A stretch of 64,000 bases of DNA from an uncultured Actinomycetota bacterium (GTDB lineage: Bacteria > Actinomycetota > Actinomycetes > JAHEKZ01): assembly GCA_963829525.1 (NCBI GenBank), contig CAWHIJ010000003.1:1312001-1376000 (forward strand), given 5' to 3'. Numbering within the stretch: position 1 is the first letter of the stretch; the number at the start of each line of letters is the position of its first letter. The translations under genes were made by a program, and so were the position numbers. Under the pieces are notes generated by a model, which was not told the DNA's origin, did no database searches, and was given only the letters and a program-made list of their open reading frames with translations. Of this stretch, positions 37,272 through 47,765 are shown piece after piece.

Positions 37272-39125
37272 ATGCGACTCGTCTCCGGCGCCGTCACGCG
37301 TGGTTTGATTGCTACTGCTGCGCTTTGCCTCGCGCTCACCGGCTTCGCGGCCGGGTCACCTGCAGGGGCGGCACCGATACCGACCCGCACCTTGGTGCCG
37401 ATCGGTTCTGACTACCAGCCCGTTCCACTGCAGCGATTCGCTCAGGCGGCTGCCGAGCAAGACACCTCAGGGAACGTCGTCCTGCTTGTACTACCCATTA
37501 CCTACTCCCTCAACGCAACTACGAGTAAACCGGGAGAGCGGCAGCGTAACCTCACGCTCGCCGCCGTCCGGACGCAGATGGTCGAGGACGCCTGCAACGC
37601 CGTGCGTTCGTCGCAACAGACTTGTGACGCACAGCTCGTGCCGGTGTTGACCCGATCTGATGCTTTCCTGGACAGCAACCTTGCATTCTTCACCGAGGAT
37701 GTAGACGGCATGTTCATCCTGGGCGGTGACCAGACCGTGGCGATGGGTGTAGTTGCCGACACGCCTCTCGAAGGTGAGATGGCCTCGGCGTACGAAAGCG
37801 GTGTGGTCGTCTCCGGAACAAGCGCTGGGGATGCCGTTCAGTCGGTCAACATGATCAACGGCTTTGCAGGCGACAACGGCCCGGCCGAGAGTCTCCAGAA
37901 GGGAGCGGTGGATTTCTGGAGCTTCGACGGCCCCAACGACCCAAGCCGCGGCCTGATCTTCGGACTACCGAACACGGTCGCTGAACAGCACGTGTACGAG
38001 CTCGGACGCATGGGGCGGGCGATCAATGTCTCGGTCTCCAGCGGCCTGCCCGTTCTTGGCATGGACGCTGCGACGGGCGGCCCTGTGCTCGATGAGACGA
38101 CCCTGACCGACGTCGTTGGGTTCACATCAGGTGTCGCCATCGACCCCATCACCTACTCCGCCACCGGAACCTTCGGCGGCCCGCGGTCAACGCTGTCGGC
38201 CGGGACCATCGCCACGCACCTGATCCCGCCTGGAGGTTACGGCTACGACCTCGACACACTCGAGCCAAGCGTCGATGGCGTCGCTCAGCCAGCGCCGTCC
38301 ACCGCAGGCCGCACCTTCCCCGGCATCTCGACACCGGACGGATCCGGTGCACTCTTTCTGTCAGGTGGCCTTCTCGACGATCCCGCCGGAGGAGTCGCCG
38401 CCAAGTTCACGGCGGCCAGTGGAGGATCGGGTGCACGACTTGTCGTGCTCGCGCTGGGCTACCGCCGAGGGACTGATGCCAAGGCTGACGCAAAGGTTCT
38501 TGCGACCGCTCTTCAGCCGCGCACCTGGGCTCCTGTGACTACTCGGGTGGTCAGCGACAAGCAGGATGCCGGTCGCACCGCAGCGATCGTCGCGGATGCG
38601 ACGGGCGTCATCGTGACCGCGCCGAACGCGGCGACGGTGAAATCCGCGTGGCTCTCGCACAGCCGTGAGATGGATGCTGTGCGGGCAAGGTGGCACTCAG
38701 GCAAGGCTGCGCTGATGGTTGACGATGCAGCAGCGTCGGTGCTCGGTGAGCACTTCGTCGCCGACCCGCCCCCAGGGTCAGACATCGACACCGAGTCGTC
38801 TGAAGACTTTCTGGTGACAGGAGCGACGGTCGACCAGGGTCTGGGATGGGTCAAGGGGCTGAATACCGACTCCCGCTTGCTGCCGGATCGGCAGTGGGGC
38901 CAGCTCTACCACCTGACTTGGGCAGACTCCGAGACTCTGGCAGTCGGAATCGACGTCGGTACCGCGCTCCGCATTCGCCATGGGGTGGCGACCGGAATCG
39001 GCGACAGCGCTGTTGTTGTCCTGGACGGCCGACAGGCTGCATTCGGGACGGGATCAAACGGCGCCATGGCCGCGCGATGGGTGCTGCTCGACACCTTCAC
39101 CGACGGTCAGAAACTGGCCCCGTAG
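37272..39125 (+). CDS. secreted tandem cyanophycinase-like (peptidase S51) protein
   Basis: Signal peptide; GGDQ, GTSAG, EQH..GRMGR; degenerate second domain. Confidence 0.8.
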   Translation: MRLVSGAVTRGLIATAALCLALTGFAAGSPAGAAPIPTRTLVPIGSDYQPVPLQRFAQAAAEQDTSGNVVLLVLPITYSLNATTSKPGERQRNLTLAAVRTQMVEDACNAVRSSQQTCDAQLVPVLTRSDAFLDSNLAFFTEDVDGMFILGGDQTVAMGVVADTPLEGEMASAYESGVVVSGTSAGDAVQSVNMINGFAGDNGPAESLQKGAVDFWSFDGPNDPSRGLIFGLPNTVAEQHVYELGRMGRAINVSVSSGLPVLGMDAATGGPVLDETTLTDVVGFTSGVAIDPITYSATGTFGGPRSTLSAGTIATHLIPPGGYGYDLDTLEPSVDGVAQPAPSTAGRTFPGISTPDGSGALFLSGGLLDDPAGGVAAKFTAASGGSGARLVVLALGYRRGTDAKADAKVLATALQPRTWAPVTTRVVSDKQDAGRTAAIVADATGVIVTAPNAATVKSAWLSHSREMDAVRARWHSGKAALMVDDAAASVLGEHFVADPPPGSDIDTESSEDFLVTGATVDQGLGWVKGLNTDSRLLPDRQWGQLYHLTWADSETLAVGIDVGTALRIRHGVATGIGDSAVVVLDGRQAAFGTGSNGAMAARWVLLDTFTDGQKLAP

Positions 39126-39231
39126 CAGGTTTCAGTACACCCTCACCTAGGCAACCTCGTACATCGTCGGCGGTGCCTGCGCGATGACAGTGTTGCCGAT
39201 GTTCCAGACCTCGTCCATCGCATTAAGGAGC

Positions 39232-39423
39232 CTAGTCGCCGAGCGCTGAGAAGACTTCGTAGACCATGATTGCCGGCCACACGAGCCCTTGCAGGATGGC
39301 GAGAGCGAACTCCCAGAAGCCATCTGCCTGCTGCCAGAAGTAGACCCAGGCGCCGAAGATCCCGAGTCCGTAGAGGGCGCCACCTCCGGCCGCGCCTGCG
39401 TTGCTGTTGTTGCTCATCGCCAT
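39232..39423 (-). CDS. small membrane protein
   Basis: GGALYGLGIFGAWVYFWQQADGFW..WPAIMVY; RBS upstream. Confidence 0.75.
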   Translation of the reverse strand: MAMSNNSNAGAAGGGALYGLGIFGAWVYFWQQADGFWEFALAILQGLVWPAIMVYEVFSALGD

Positions 39424-39459
39424 GCCGCCTTCCGCTCTACAGATCCCGAAGGGCCCCAA

Positions 39460-40346
39460 CTACTCCGGGATCGTGACAACGATCTTGCCAATGGCAGTGC
39501 CCTGCTCCAAGTGGCTAAGGGCCTGGTGGATCTTGGCGAGCGGATATTTCGAGTCGATGACCAATGCTGCCGATCACCGGGTGGCCGCGGCGTCCGTAGT
39601 GGTCGTGGCCAACGAAGACGTACCTCCCTCCCGCCGTCAGGGCACGTCTCACCGCGGAAAGAGAGCGGTTACCGGGGATGTCGATGATGAGGTCGTACGT
39701 CTCTCCGGTGGTGGTGAAGTCTGCCAGTGAGTAGTCGATGACGTGGTCGGCTCCCAACGATCGCAGTGCCTCGAGCTTGCCCCGCGGCATCGACAGCCGT
39801 GACCTCGCCGCCGTAAGCCTTCGCCAGCTGCACGGCAAATGAGCCGACTGCACCGCCCGCTCCGTTGATGAGAACTCGCTGTCCACTTTGCAATTTCCCT
39901 TCGTCGCGAACGGTCTGCAACGCGATGAGTCCCGATGTGGGTACCGCGGCGGCCTCGACGTAGGTGAGTCGTTCAGGCATCGTGGCCAGATCTTTCGCGA
40001 GGACAGACGCGTGCTCGGCGAATGCCCCACCGTTCTTCCACTGGATGCCTCGGACGCACTCGCCATAGACGTCGTCGCCCGGCTCGAACTGAGTGACTCC
40101 GGGGCCTACCGCCTCGACCCTTCCAGCCAGATCGATACCGGGAATGGGGACCTTGGGTCGGCGAAGGCCGCCGCCCATGAGCCGCATCGGGTAGGGCCTG
40201 CCGGTCAGGACGTGCCAGATGTCAGCGTGCAGGGAAGCTGCATGCACCTGGACGAGCACCTCGCCCACGCCCACCTCTGGCATCGGGACGTCCTCAACGC
40301 TCAGAACGTTCTCAGACCCATACGCGCGCTGGACGATTGCTTTCAT
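39460..40346 (-). pseudogene. NAD(P)-dependent MDR alcohol dehydrogenase/quinone reductase, frameshifted and internally shortened
   Basis: MKAIVQRAYG...INGAGGAVG; +1 shift near 39781; C-terminus VIDSKYPL..GKIVVTI in a third segment. Confidence 0.8.
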
Positions 40347-40547
40347 CAGTGCTCCCACTCTGGGCCAGACCACGGTTGGTTACTGCACGAGCGGCCTTCT
40401 GGCATCCTGACATGGCCTGAATCTCACGCGCCTTCACCTTGAGTTCCAGAGTTTGGTGGAGGGGCTCATCGTGAAGCTGCTCGTCACTATCTTCTCGCAT
40501 CTACCTATGTATTGGATTTGATTATGAACTTGTATAAACTCTGATAC

Positions 40548-41723
40548 ATGGATCCAGTCCGCAACCCTTACCAGCCGGGAGCCGGCCGTCGCCCGCCAGA
40601 ACTGGCGGGGCGCGACGCCGAGCTCGACGCCTTCGCCATCCTGCTCCAGCGCTATGAGCTGGGCGTCGGCGAGCGGGGTCGGGTCCTCTACGGACTCCGC
40701 GGGGTCGGCAAGACGGTCCTGCTCAATGAGTTCCAGGCGATGGCCGAGGAGCGCCGATGGGTGACGGCCAAGGTGGAGGCTGCGTCAGGACGTTCGATCT
40801 TGCCGACTCTGGCCCAGGCACTGCACCGTTCGCTCCGTTCGGCGACCGGCCGGTTCGAACGCGGGAAGCTGCTCGGTCTGCTGCAGGTGTTCCGCGCGTT
40901 CAGCCTCAGGATGGATCCCGACGGTAGCTACACCTTCGGCTTCGACGTGCAGGTGGCATCTGGTCAAGCCGACACCGGAGATCCCGCCGTTGACCTTCCC
41001 GAGCTCTTCGCCGCCATCGGTGCGACGATGCGTGATCTCGGCGTTGGTGCCCTCCTTCTCATCGACGAGATGCAGGATGTCCCAGAGGCCGAGCTCCGCG
41101 CTATCAACACGGCGGTGCACGAGATGGGCCAGGGTGCTGACCCGCTGCCGCTGGTGGTCGTTGGCGCGGGGCTGCCGTCGTTGCCTGAAGTGCTCGCGAA
41201 GGCAACGTCCTACGCCGAGCGCCTCTACGAGTACGTTCCAATTGGCGCTCTTGACCGGGCTTCGGCGCACGAGGCGCTCGTGGTCCCGGCCGAAGCGCTC
41301 GACGTCGTGTGGAAGCCGGAAGCACTCGCGCGCGTGGATGACTTCAGTCACGGCTACCCGTACCTGATCCAAACCGGGGGGAAGTATGCCTGGGACTACG
41401 CCGCGAGGTCACCCATTACCGCAGAGGATGCCGACGCCGGGCTCGTTCAGGCGCGCCGAGAGGTCGACGCGGGGCTCTACCGAGCGAGATGGCAGCGGGC
41501 GACACCTTTGCAGCGTCAGATCATGCGGGCGATGGCTGATCTGTCTGCAGACGAGCCCACGTCGATGGCGCAGGTGGCCGACGTTCTTGGCCGTGAGCGG
41601 AACGAGCTCTCAGTACCTCGTGATCAGCTCATCAAGAAAGGTCTGGTGTACGCGCCTGACCGTGGGCTGATCGCATTCACCGTTCCGGGCATGGCCGACT
41701 ACGCACGTCGCCAGCCGGACTGA
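40548..41723 (+). CDS. AAA-type ATP-binding protein with C-terminal winged helix
   Basis: NPYQPGAG, GLRGVGKT Walker A, LLIDEMQ Walker B; leaderless with TAAACT -10. Confidence 0.88.
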   Translation: MDPVRNPYQPGAGRRPPELAGRDAELDAFAILLQRYELGVGERGRVLYGLRGVGKTVLLNEFQAMAEERRWVTAKVEAASGRSILPTLAQALHRSLRSATGRFERGKLLGLLQVFRAFSLRMDPDGSYTFGFDVQVASGQADTGDPAVDLPELFAAIGATMRDLGVGALLLIDEMQDVPEAELRAINTAVHEMGQGADPLPLVVVGAGLPSLPEVLAKATSYAERLYEYVPIGALDRASAHEALVVPAEALDVVWKPEALARVDDFSHGYPYLIQTGGKYAWDYAARSPITAEDADAGLVQARREVDAGLYRARWQRATPLQRQIMRAMADLSADEPTSMAQVADVLGRERNELSVPRDQLIKKGLVYAPDRGLIAFTVPGMADYARRQPD

Positions 41724-41745
41724 CCCTCCCGGTAGCCTCGACTTC

Positions 41746-42615
41746 ATGGCGTCGGGCAGCGGGATGAGCAGAAGCCCGACGCCGAACGGCAACACCAGGG
41801 TCACTGGCAAAGAGCAGTTCTACACACCGCGCGAGGTTGCCGATGTCGTGGTCGCTCAGGTGCTCAATACCGTGCCGGACGCCGTCGCCCGTACCTGGAT
41901 CGAGCCCGCTGGAGGGACCGGCAGCTTCATCGACGCTGCACGCGACGTCGGTGTCGTGGACGTCGTCAGTTTCGACATCGAGCCAAGGCACCGAGACGTG
42001 GCGCGCGGGGACTTCTTGAAGCAGCGGCTCAACGTGGGGGGAGCCGTCAGTATCGGTAACCCTCCCTTCGGGAGGAACAATGCGCTCTCCGTGCCATTCT
42101 TCAACCACTGCGCGATGTACAGCGACTACATCGCCTTCATCGTGCCCCGATCCTGGCGCAAGTGGAGCGTCCTCAACCGGCTCGATCCACACTTCCATCT
42201 GGTGACCGATGAAGACCTGTCAATCAACTACGTCGATGCGGATGGTGTCGCGGCATACGCCCGTACCTACCTGCAGACGTGCGTTCAGATTTGGCAGCGT
42301 CGCGACGCGCGGCGTCCCAAGGTGAAAGTGCGAGACCGAGGAGTCGTTGCCAAGTGCCAGCCGCAGGACGCCGATGTGGCTCTGACGATCTTCGGGTTCG
42401 GCTGCGGCAGTGTGAAGACTGACTTTCCCAGGCGCAAGGTGACGACTGAGATCTATCTGCAGTTGCGGCACCCTCGCGCATTGGAAGCGCTGCAGACGGT
42501 GGACTACTCGCGCTTCTCTCGAAATGTTGCGTATACCGAGGCGCTTTCCATCCAAGAGGTCAACTACCTGTTGAACGAGTATCTCTTCGGAGACCCCGGT
42601 TTTGTGACGCCCTAA
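41746..42615 (+). CDS. putative amino (N6-adenine) DNA methyltransferase
   Basis: QFYTP, IEPAGGTGSF (motif I), GNPPFG (motif IV), AFIVP. Confidence 0.8.
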   Translation: MASGSGMSRSPTPNGNTRVTGKEQFYTPREVADVVVAQVLNTVPDAVARTWIEPAGGTGSFIDAARDVGVVDVVSFDIEPRHRDVARGDFLKQRLNVGGAVSIGNPPFGRNNALSVPFFNHCAMYSDYIAFIVPRSWRKWSVLNRLDPHFHLVTDEDLSINYVDADGVAAYARTYLQTCVQIWQRRDARRPKVKVRDRGVVAKCQPQDADVALTIFGFGCGSVKTDFPRRKVTTEIYLQLRHPRALEALQTVDYSRFSRNVAYTEALSIQEVNYLLNEYLFGDPGFVTP

Positions 42616-42628
42616 CCGTGACGTGAGA

Positions 42629-43945
42629 TCAGTCAGACGGCAGGGCTCGAACCGCGTCGCCAAGCCGGTTGACAATCTCGTCGACGTCACGCTCGTCGAT
42701 GGTCAATGGTGGGGCCAGCATCACAGCCTCGATGACGCGGTTTCCCAGCGGCGTCGGACAGGGGTAGATCATCAAGTGACGATCGCGCGCGAGTGCCGCA
42801 AGCTGATAGGACGCGCCGGTCAGTGGCTCGAGCGAGTCCTTGTCGGTGACAAGTTCGACCCCCTGCAGGAGCCCACGCCCGCGCACCTGGCCGATACGCG
42901 GTGAGGTGTGGGCGATCTCAACGAGGCCTTCGTGCAGCCGCTTGCCCATCTCGGTGGCGTTCTCGAGAAGCCCGTCGTCCCTAATGGTGCGGATCACCTC
43001 GGCTGCCACCGCGCAGCCCACTGGATTACCTGAGTAGGTGTGCCCGAAGGGGAAACCCTCGGGGGCGGCCGCGAAGACGTCAGCGATCGTGCCGCTGATG
43101 GCCAGACCGGAGAAGGGCGTCACTCCGCTGGTCACACCTTTCGCGAAAGTGACCATGTCTGGCTGCACGCCCCAGTGGTCGACGCCCCACCATTGGCCGG
43201 TGCGACCGAAGCCGGTAACTGTCTCGTCGCAAATCATCAGAACGTCGTAACGGTCGCAGAGTGCCCGTACCCCCTCGAGGTATCCGTCGGGGGGAACGAC
43301 TGCCGCGGTGCTGGCGCCTGAGATCGGCTCGAGAAAGATCGCGGCAACGTTGTCCGGATCGCGGGCGACCAGCGCGTCCTCGATCTGCTGCAAGCCGAAC
43401 GCCAGCTCTTCCGACGGTGATCGGTGCGAGCGGATGTCGGCATTGGGTGCCTGTGCGACGGGGTTGTCGTCAAGGACGTGCTCGAAGCCCTGACGCCAGC
43501 GCGACCCGGACAGCCCAAGAGCCCCGAGCGTCGAGCCGTGAAAGCTTGGATAGCGAGAGATCAGCTCGGTCTTGCCCGGCTTGCCGACGTGTTGCCAGTA
43601 GAGCAACGCTAGGTGAATTGCGGACTCGATCGACTCCGAACCCGACGAGTTGAAGAAAGCCCAGCCGCGCTCCATTGGGGCGATTTCGCGGATCAGCGCC
43701 GCCAGTTCGATCATCGGCTCGTTCGAGAACGAGAAGCGGTAGGTGAAGGTCAGCTTCTCCAACTGCTTCTGCGCTGCGTCGACGAGCCTTGGGTGGCAGT
43801 GCCCGAGGCTCATCACCATTGCGCCGCCGCACGCATCGAGCCATTCGGTTCCGTCCCGGTCCCAGATCCGCATCCCGGATGCGTGGGTGGCCACCGGAAG
43901 GCGACGCCCGGGCGAGGCGGTGAGGGAGTAGTCCGTTTCGGTCAC
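42629..43945 (-). CDS. class III aminotransferase
   Basis: SGSES, FHGST, DETVTGFGRTG, FAKGVTSG, GHTY. Confidence 0.92.
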   Translation of the reverse strand: MTETDYSLTASPGRRLPVATHASGMRIWDRDGTEWLDACGGAMVMSLGHCHPRLVDAAQKQLEKLTFTYRFSFSNEPMIELAALIREIAPMERGWAFFNSSGSESIESAIHLALLYWQHVGKPGKTELISRYPSFHGSTLGALGLSGSRWRQGFEHVLDDNPVAQAPNADIRSHRSPSEELAFGLQQIEDALVARDPDNVAAIFLEPISGASTAAVVPPDGYLEGVRALCDRYDVLMICDETVTGFGRTGQWWGVDHWGVQPDMVTFAKGVTSGVTPFSGLAISGTIADVFAAAPEGFPFGHTYSGNPVGCAVAAEVIRTIRDDGLLENATEMGKRLHEGLVEIAHTSPRIGQVRGRGLLQGVELVTDKDSLEPLTGASYQLAALARDRHLMIYPCPTPLGNRVIEAVMLAPPLTIDERDVDEIVNRLGDAVRALPSD

Positions 43946-43968
43946 GCGACGATCGTAGGCGTCTGCCG

Positions 43969-44550
43969 TCAGGTGCGCATGAACCAGATGGTGGGTCCGC
44001 CATCTGGAGCCTGCTCCTTGCCGACCACGGCGAAGCCGAAGCGTTCGTAGTACGACACGTTGCCCAGCTGGGAGGTTTCCAGGAAGGCGGGTAGGCCGTC
44101 TGATCGCGCCAAGGCCAGGCCGTGTTCAACAAGCTGGCCGCCAAGTCCGCGTCCCCGAGCGGTGGGATGAACAGCAACCAGATCCATGAACCAGCAAGGC
44201 TCGGACGGCAGATGGCCGGCGAGCCAGTCCCAGAAGGCCCCGTACCTGGCTCCGCCGTCGTCGGTGTAAGGCGCGACCGCGGCACGCGTTGGCTGCTCCA
44301 GCTCGTCGAAGCGGGCGGCCGCGTCCGGTGCGATCCAGGACGCCACCGCCAGGCCACCCTCGAGCATCCAAGCGGAGCCCACCTCGACATACATCGAGAC
44401 GATCGCCTTGCTCATCGCAATGACCGAATCCACTGAAACGTCCGATGGCAGCGGCCAACGGATCATTGGGTCGTGGTACATCGCGGTGCCGAAGGTCTCG
44501 GCGAACCGATCTACATCGCTGCTTGTTGCGCGCTGCGGGTCAGCCCTCAC
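43969..44550 (-). CDS. GNAT family N-acetyltransferase
   Basis: AVHPTARGRGLG; AFLETS...NVSYYERFGF. Confidence 0.88.
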   Translation of the reverse strand: MRADPQRATSSDVDRFAETFGTAMYHDPMIRWPLPSDVSVDSVIAMSKAIVSMYVEVGSAWMLEGGLAVASWIAPDAAARFDELEQPTRAAVAPYTDDGGARYGAFWDWLAGHLPSEPCWFMDLVAVHPTARGRGLGGQLVEHGLALARSDGLPAFLETSQLGNVSYYERFGFAVVGKEQAPDGGPTIWFMRT

Positions 44551-44589
44551 TCGCCTAACTCTAGGGCTCTCGGACTGTGGACGGCCGAC

Positions 44590-45780
44590 CTACTTCGACG
44601 GCTTGACCCAGATCAGCGAGTTCGGCACGGGCCGCTGCCACAGTGAGTCTGGATCGTCGACCCGGTCCCAGTTGCCGTCGGCGCGACGCACCATCGCGGT
44701 GGTCGAGCCACCGCCGTCCAGCTCGCTGGCATCGACGAAACCGAGCGCGATCGCCACGTTTGCCTCCTGGGCAAGACCCAGCCCACCAATCCGGTAACCG
44801 TTGCGGTCGTAGCCGGTGCCTGGCAGCGACAAAGTCATCCAGTTGCCATTGGCGTCCCACCCGACCGTCGTCCTCGGTCGCTGCTCCATGTACTTCGCTG
44901 CGCACGTGAGGTTGACCCGCCGGCCCTCGACCAGCTCGACGCCGCGCCCGACGGCCTCCTTGAGCGGAACTCCCTTGGCCGTTTCCTGCCTCAAGTCGAT
45001 CACGGCTGGCTTTCCCACCTGGGCCCGTCGGGCCGCGCTGGTGTAGTTGCTTCCGAAGGCGACCACCTTGGTATTCGGTTCGACGGTCTTACCCGTCTGG
45101 CTTCCGGTTCGGATCGAGGTGAGCTTGCCGTCTTTGACCACCCACTCCACGGCACCCGCAGGGCGTTTGGCCGACTTGATGTCGGTCCACCTCGACGTGT
45201 AGATCCCGACAGCCCCGCTACCGAGGTTCTGCCAGTTCAAGCTGTCGATCTTGAACTCCTTGGTTCGGTACGTCACGGACCCACCGATTCCGAGTCCTCC
45301 GCTGTAGGGCACACCGTTCTTGTCGACGCCTACGACCTGCGTCCAGTCGGGTCCTATGCGGACTGGTTGGCCTCTGGTCACCGATGCATGCTGCGGCAGG
45401 TAGACGGTGTCTCCGTTGATCCGGTAGTCGTAGAAGAAGTCGCCGTTGACTGCTGCGATTCCTCGCTTGCCCTTCTTGCTCTCCAGCTGCGCCCGAAGAT
45501 CGCCGAGGGCGCCCATCTTCATGGTCACCAGGCGTGGCCGGGCCTTTGGGGGCATGACCATCCGGAGGACTTCGGCTGTCTGGGAGCGGCTTCCCCAGCT
45601 GACCTTGACGTTGTACTTGTTGCGCTCGACGCCGTTGCCGTAGGTGACGCTGGAGATTCGGTCCACGGTGACGCGCATGGTGCAAGGTGTCGAGACGGCA
45701 GCGTCCGAGGGTGCACCCAGGAGTGCCCCGGCTCCGACTACCAGGACCGTCGGCATGCAAACAACTCGTACCCATCTCAT
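44590..45780 (-). CDS. secreted phosphodiester glycosidase (NAGPA) family protein
   Basis: AVNGDFF, RPRTTVG, LDGGGST and RPVPN motifs. Confidence 0.85.
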   Translation of the reverse strand: MRWVRVVCMPTVLVVGAGALLGAPSDAAVSTPCTMRVTVDRISSVTYGNGVERNKYNVKVSWGSRSQTAEVLRMVMPPKARPRLVTMKMGALGDLRAQLESKKGKRGIAAVNGDFFYDYRINGDTVYLPQHASVTRGQPVRIGPDWTQVVGVDKNGVPYSGGLGIGGSVTYRTKEFKIDSLNWQNLGSGAVGIYTSRWTDIKSAKRPAGAVEWVVKDGKLTSIRTGSQTGKTVEPNTKVVAFGSNYTSAARRAQVGKPAVIDLRQETAKGVPLKEAVGRGVELVEGRRVNLTCAAKYMEQRPRTTVGWDANGNWMTLSLPGTGYDRNGYRIGGLGLAQEANVAIALGFVDASELDGGGSTTAMVRRADGNWDRVDDPDSLWQRPVPNSLIWVKPSK

Positions 45781-45981
45781 ACTTCGCGCCACGACCCGCT
45801 CCCTGAACCACAAGATCAAGAAAAGTGGACCTGGAGTGGGCCCTAGAGAGGTATCGGCCCGTGGAGGTCCTCGCTGGTAGGCCGTACGGGTGTCAGCCCA
45901 AGCGCTGGGGCAGATGACCGCCCCGACCCTTCTTCCCTCCTGCTCTTGCCCCTCGGCTGCTGTCCAGTAAGGATGCCCTCC

Positions 45982-47622
45982 ATGTCACCATCACCAGTCG
46001 CAGACCTTGTCCTCACAGATCTCGACGTCTACTGCAACGACGAGTCGCGGTCCTGGGCTCGTGAGATCGCTATCAAAGAGGGCAAGATTGTTGCCCTAGG
46101 GCGCGCTGACGGCGATCTGGCCGACCTGCGTGGCCCCTCAACGGAAGTGCTTTCGCTTCCGGGACGGCTCGCGGTTCCCGGTTTCCAAGATGCCCACATC
46201 CACAGCCCGTTCGCCGGTCGTAACCGGCTGCGGGTATGGCTCAACGACGTCATCGGACGCGAGGCCTACCTCGCGGTCATCGCCGAGTATGCCCGCGCGA
46301 ACCCCGATGAGCCCTGGATAGTCGGCGGAGGATGGGCGATGGAGTGCTTCCCAGGCGGTGTGCCGCGCAAGGAGGACCTCGACGCGATCGTCCCCGATCG
46401 TCCGGTGTTCTTGTTCAACAAGGACGTGCACGGCGCCTGGGTGAACTCCCTGGCTCTGGAACTTGCTGGGATCACCAAGGACACTCCCGACCCGGCCGAC
46501 GGTCGGATTGAACGCGACGATGAGACCGGGGAGCCAACCGGGATGCTCCACGAGGGCTCCGCCTACACCTTCAACGACACGATGGTGCCTCTTCCCTCGC
46601 GCCAGGAGTGGGAGGCGGCGATTCTCAACGCCCAGAAGCACCTTCACTCACTTGGCATAACGGCGTGGCAGGACGCGTGGGTGACTCCCGGCACCCACGA
46701 CGCCTACCGGTCTCTGGCGGCGGATGGCCGTCTCACGGCGCGCGTCGTTGGTGCACTCTGGTGGGACCGGCATCAGGGCCTTGAGCAGATCCCGCAGTTC
46801 CTCACCCAGCGCGAGAACGGCGTCGTTGGCAACTACAACGCCACCAGCGTCAAGATCATGACCGACGGTGTCCTGGAGAACTACACCGGTGCGCTGCTCG
46901 AGCCCTACTGCGACGGATGTGGTGGACACACCGACAACCACGGACTTTCGTACGTTGAGCCCGACCTCCTGGGGGCAGCTGTCACAGAACTGGACCGGTT
47001 GGGGTTTCAGGTGCACATGCACGCCATCGGCGACAGGGCGGTGCGCAACGCCCTTGACGCCGTCTCCGCGGCCAGAGCAGCCAACGGGATGACCGATCAC
47101 CGGCACCACATCGCGCACGTCCAGATCGTGCACCCGGACGATGTGCAGCGGTTTGCCGAGCTGGGTGCGATCGCGAACTGCCAGCCGCTCTGGGCGCAGA
47201 GCGACGCGCAGATGGACGAACTGACGGTTCCCTTTCTGGGCAAGGAGCGCGTCGAGATGCAGTATCCGTTCTGGTCGATGCTGGCCTCCGGCGCTCGCCT
47301 CGCCGGAGGAAGCGACTGGTCGGTCACCTCAGCCAACCCGCTCGAGGAGATCGATGTGATGGTCAACCGGCGCAGCCCCAGCCAGCCGGACGCACCGGCC
47401 TTCCTGCCCAATGAGCGGGTGCCGCTCACCGACGCCCTGGCCGCCTTCACCTCGGGCACCGCCTATGTCAATCATGACGAGCTAAGTGGGCACCTAGCGC
47501 CCGGGATGCGGGCTGACCTAGCGGTCCTCGACCGCAGCATCTTCGACTTGGGGGAGGGTACGGTTGCCGATGCCTCCGTCGACCTGACTGTCGCATCAGG
47601 AAACATCGTCTACCAGCGCTGA
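45982..47622 (+). CDS. amidohydrolase (YtcJ-like)
   Basis: PGFQDAHIH, VKIMTDG, HAIGD, HIAH and GSDW motifs. Confidence 0.9.
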   Translation: MSPSPVADLVLTDLDVYCNDESRSWAREIAIKEGKIVALGRADGDLADLRGPSTEVLSLPGRLAVPGFQDAHIHSPFAGRNRLRVWLNDVIGREAYLAVIAEYARANPDEPWIVGGGWAMECFPGGVPRKEDLDAIVPDRPVFLFNKDVHGAWVNSLALELAGITKDTPDPADGRIERDDETGEPTGMLHEGSAYTFNDTMVPLPSRQEWEAAILNAQKHLHSLGITAWQDAWVTPGTHDAYRSLAADGRLTARVVGALWWDRHQGLEQIPQFLTQRENGVVGNYNATSVKIMTDGVLENYTGALLEPYCDGCGGHTDNHGLSYVEPDLLGAAVTELDRLGFQVHMHAIGDRAVRNALDAVSAARAANGMTDHRHHIAHVQIVHPDDVQRFAELGAIANCQPLWAQSDAQMDELTVPFLGKERVEMQYPFWSMLASGARLAGGSDWSVTSANPLEEIDVMVNRRSPSQPDAPAFLPNERVPLTDALAAFTSGTAYVNHDELSGHLAPGMRADLAVLDRSIFDLGEGTVADASVDLTVASGNIVYQR

Positions 47623-47765
47623 TGGCGGAAAGTGACGGCCAGGTCACGAGTTGGACGCAATCTCACCGATTCGGGCCCAGAGTCTGTTTAGATGCGCCAA
47701 TCACACGGTTGACTGTGAGCCGACCGAGAGGATCGAACGCGCGACTCGAGGAGAGGTAACGAGGA

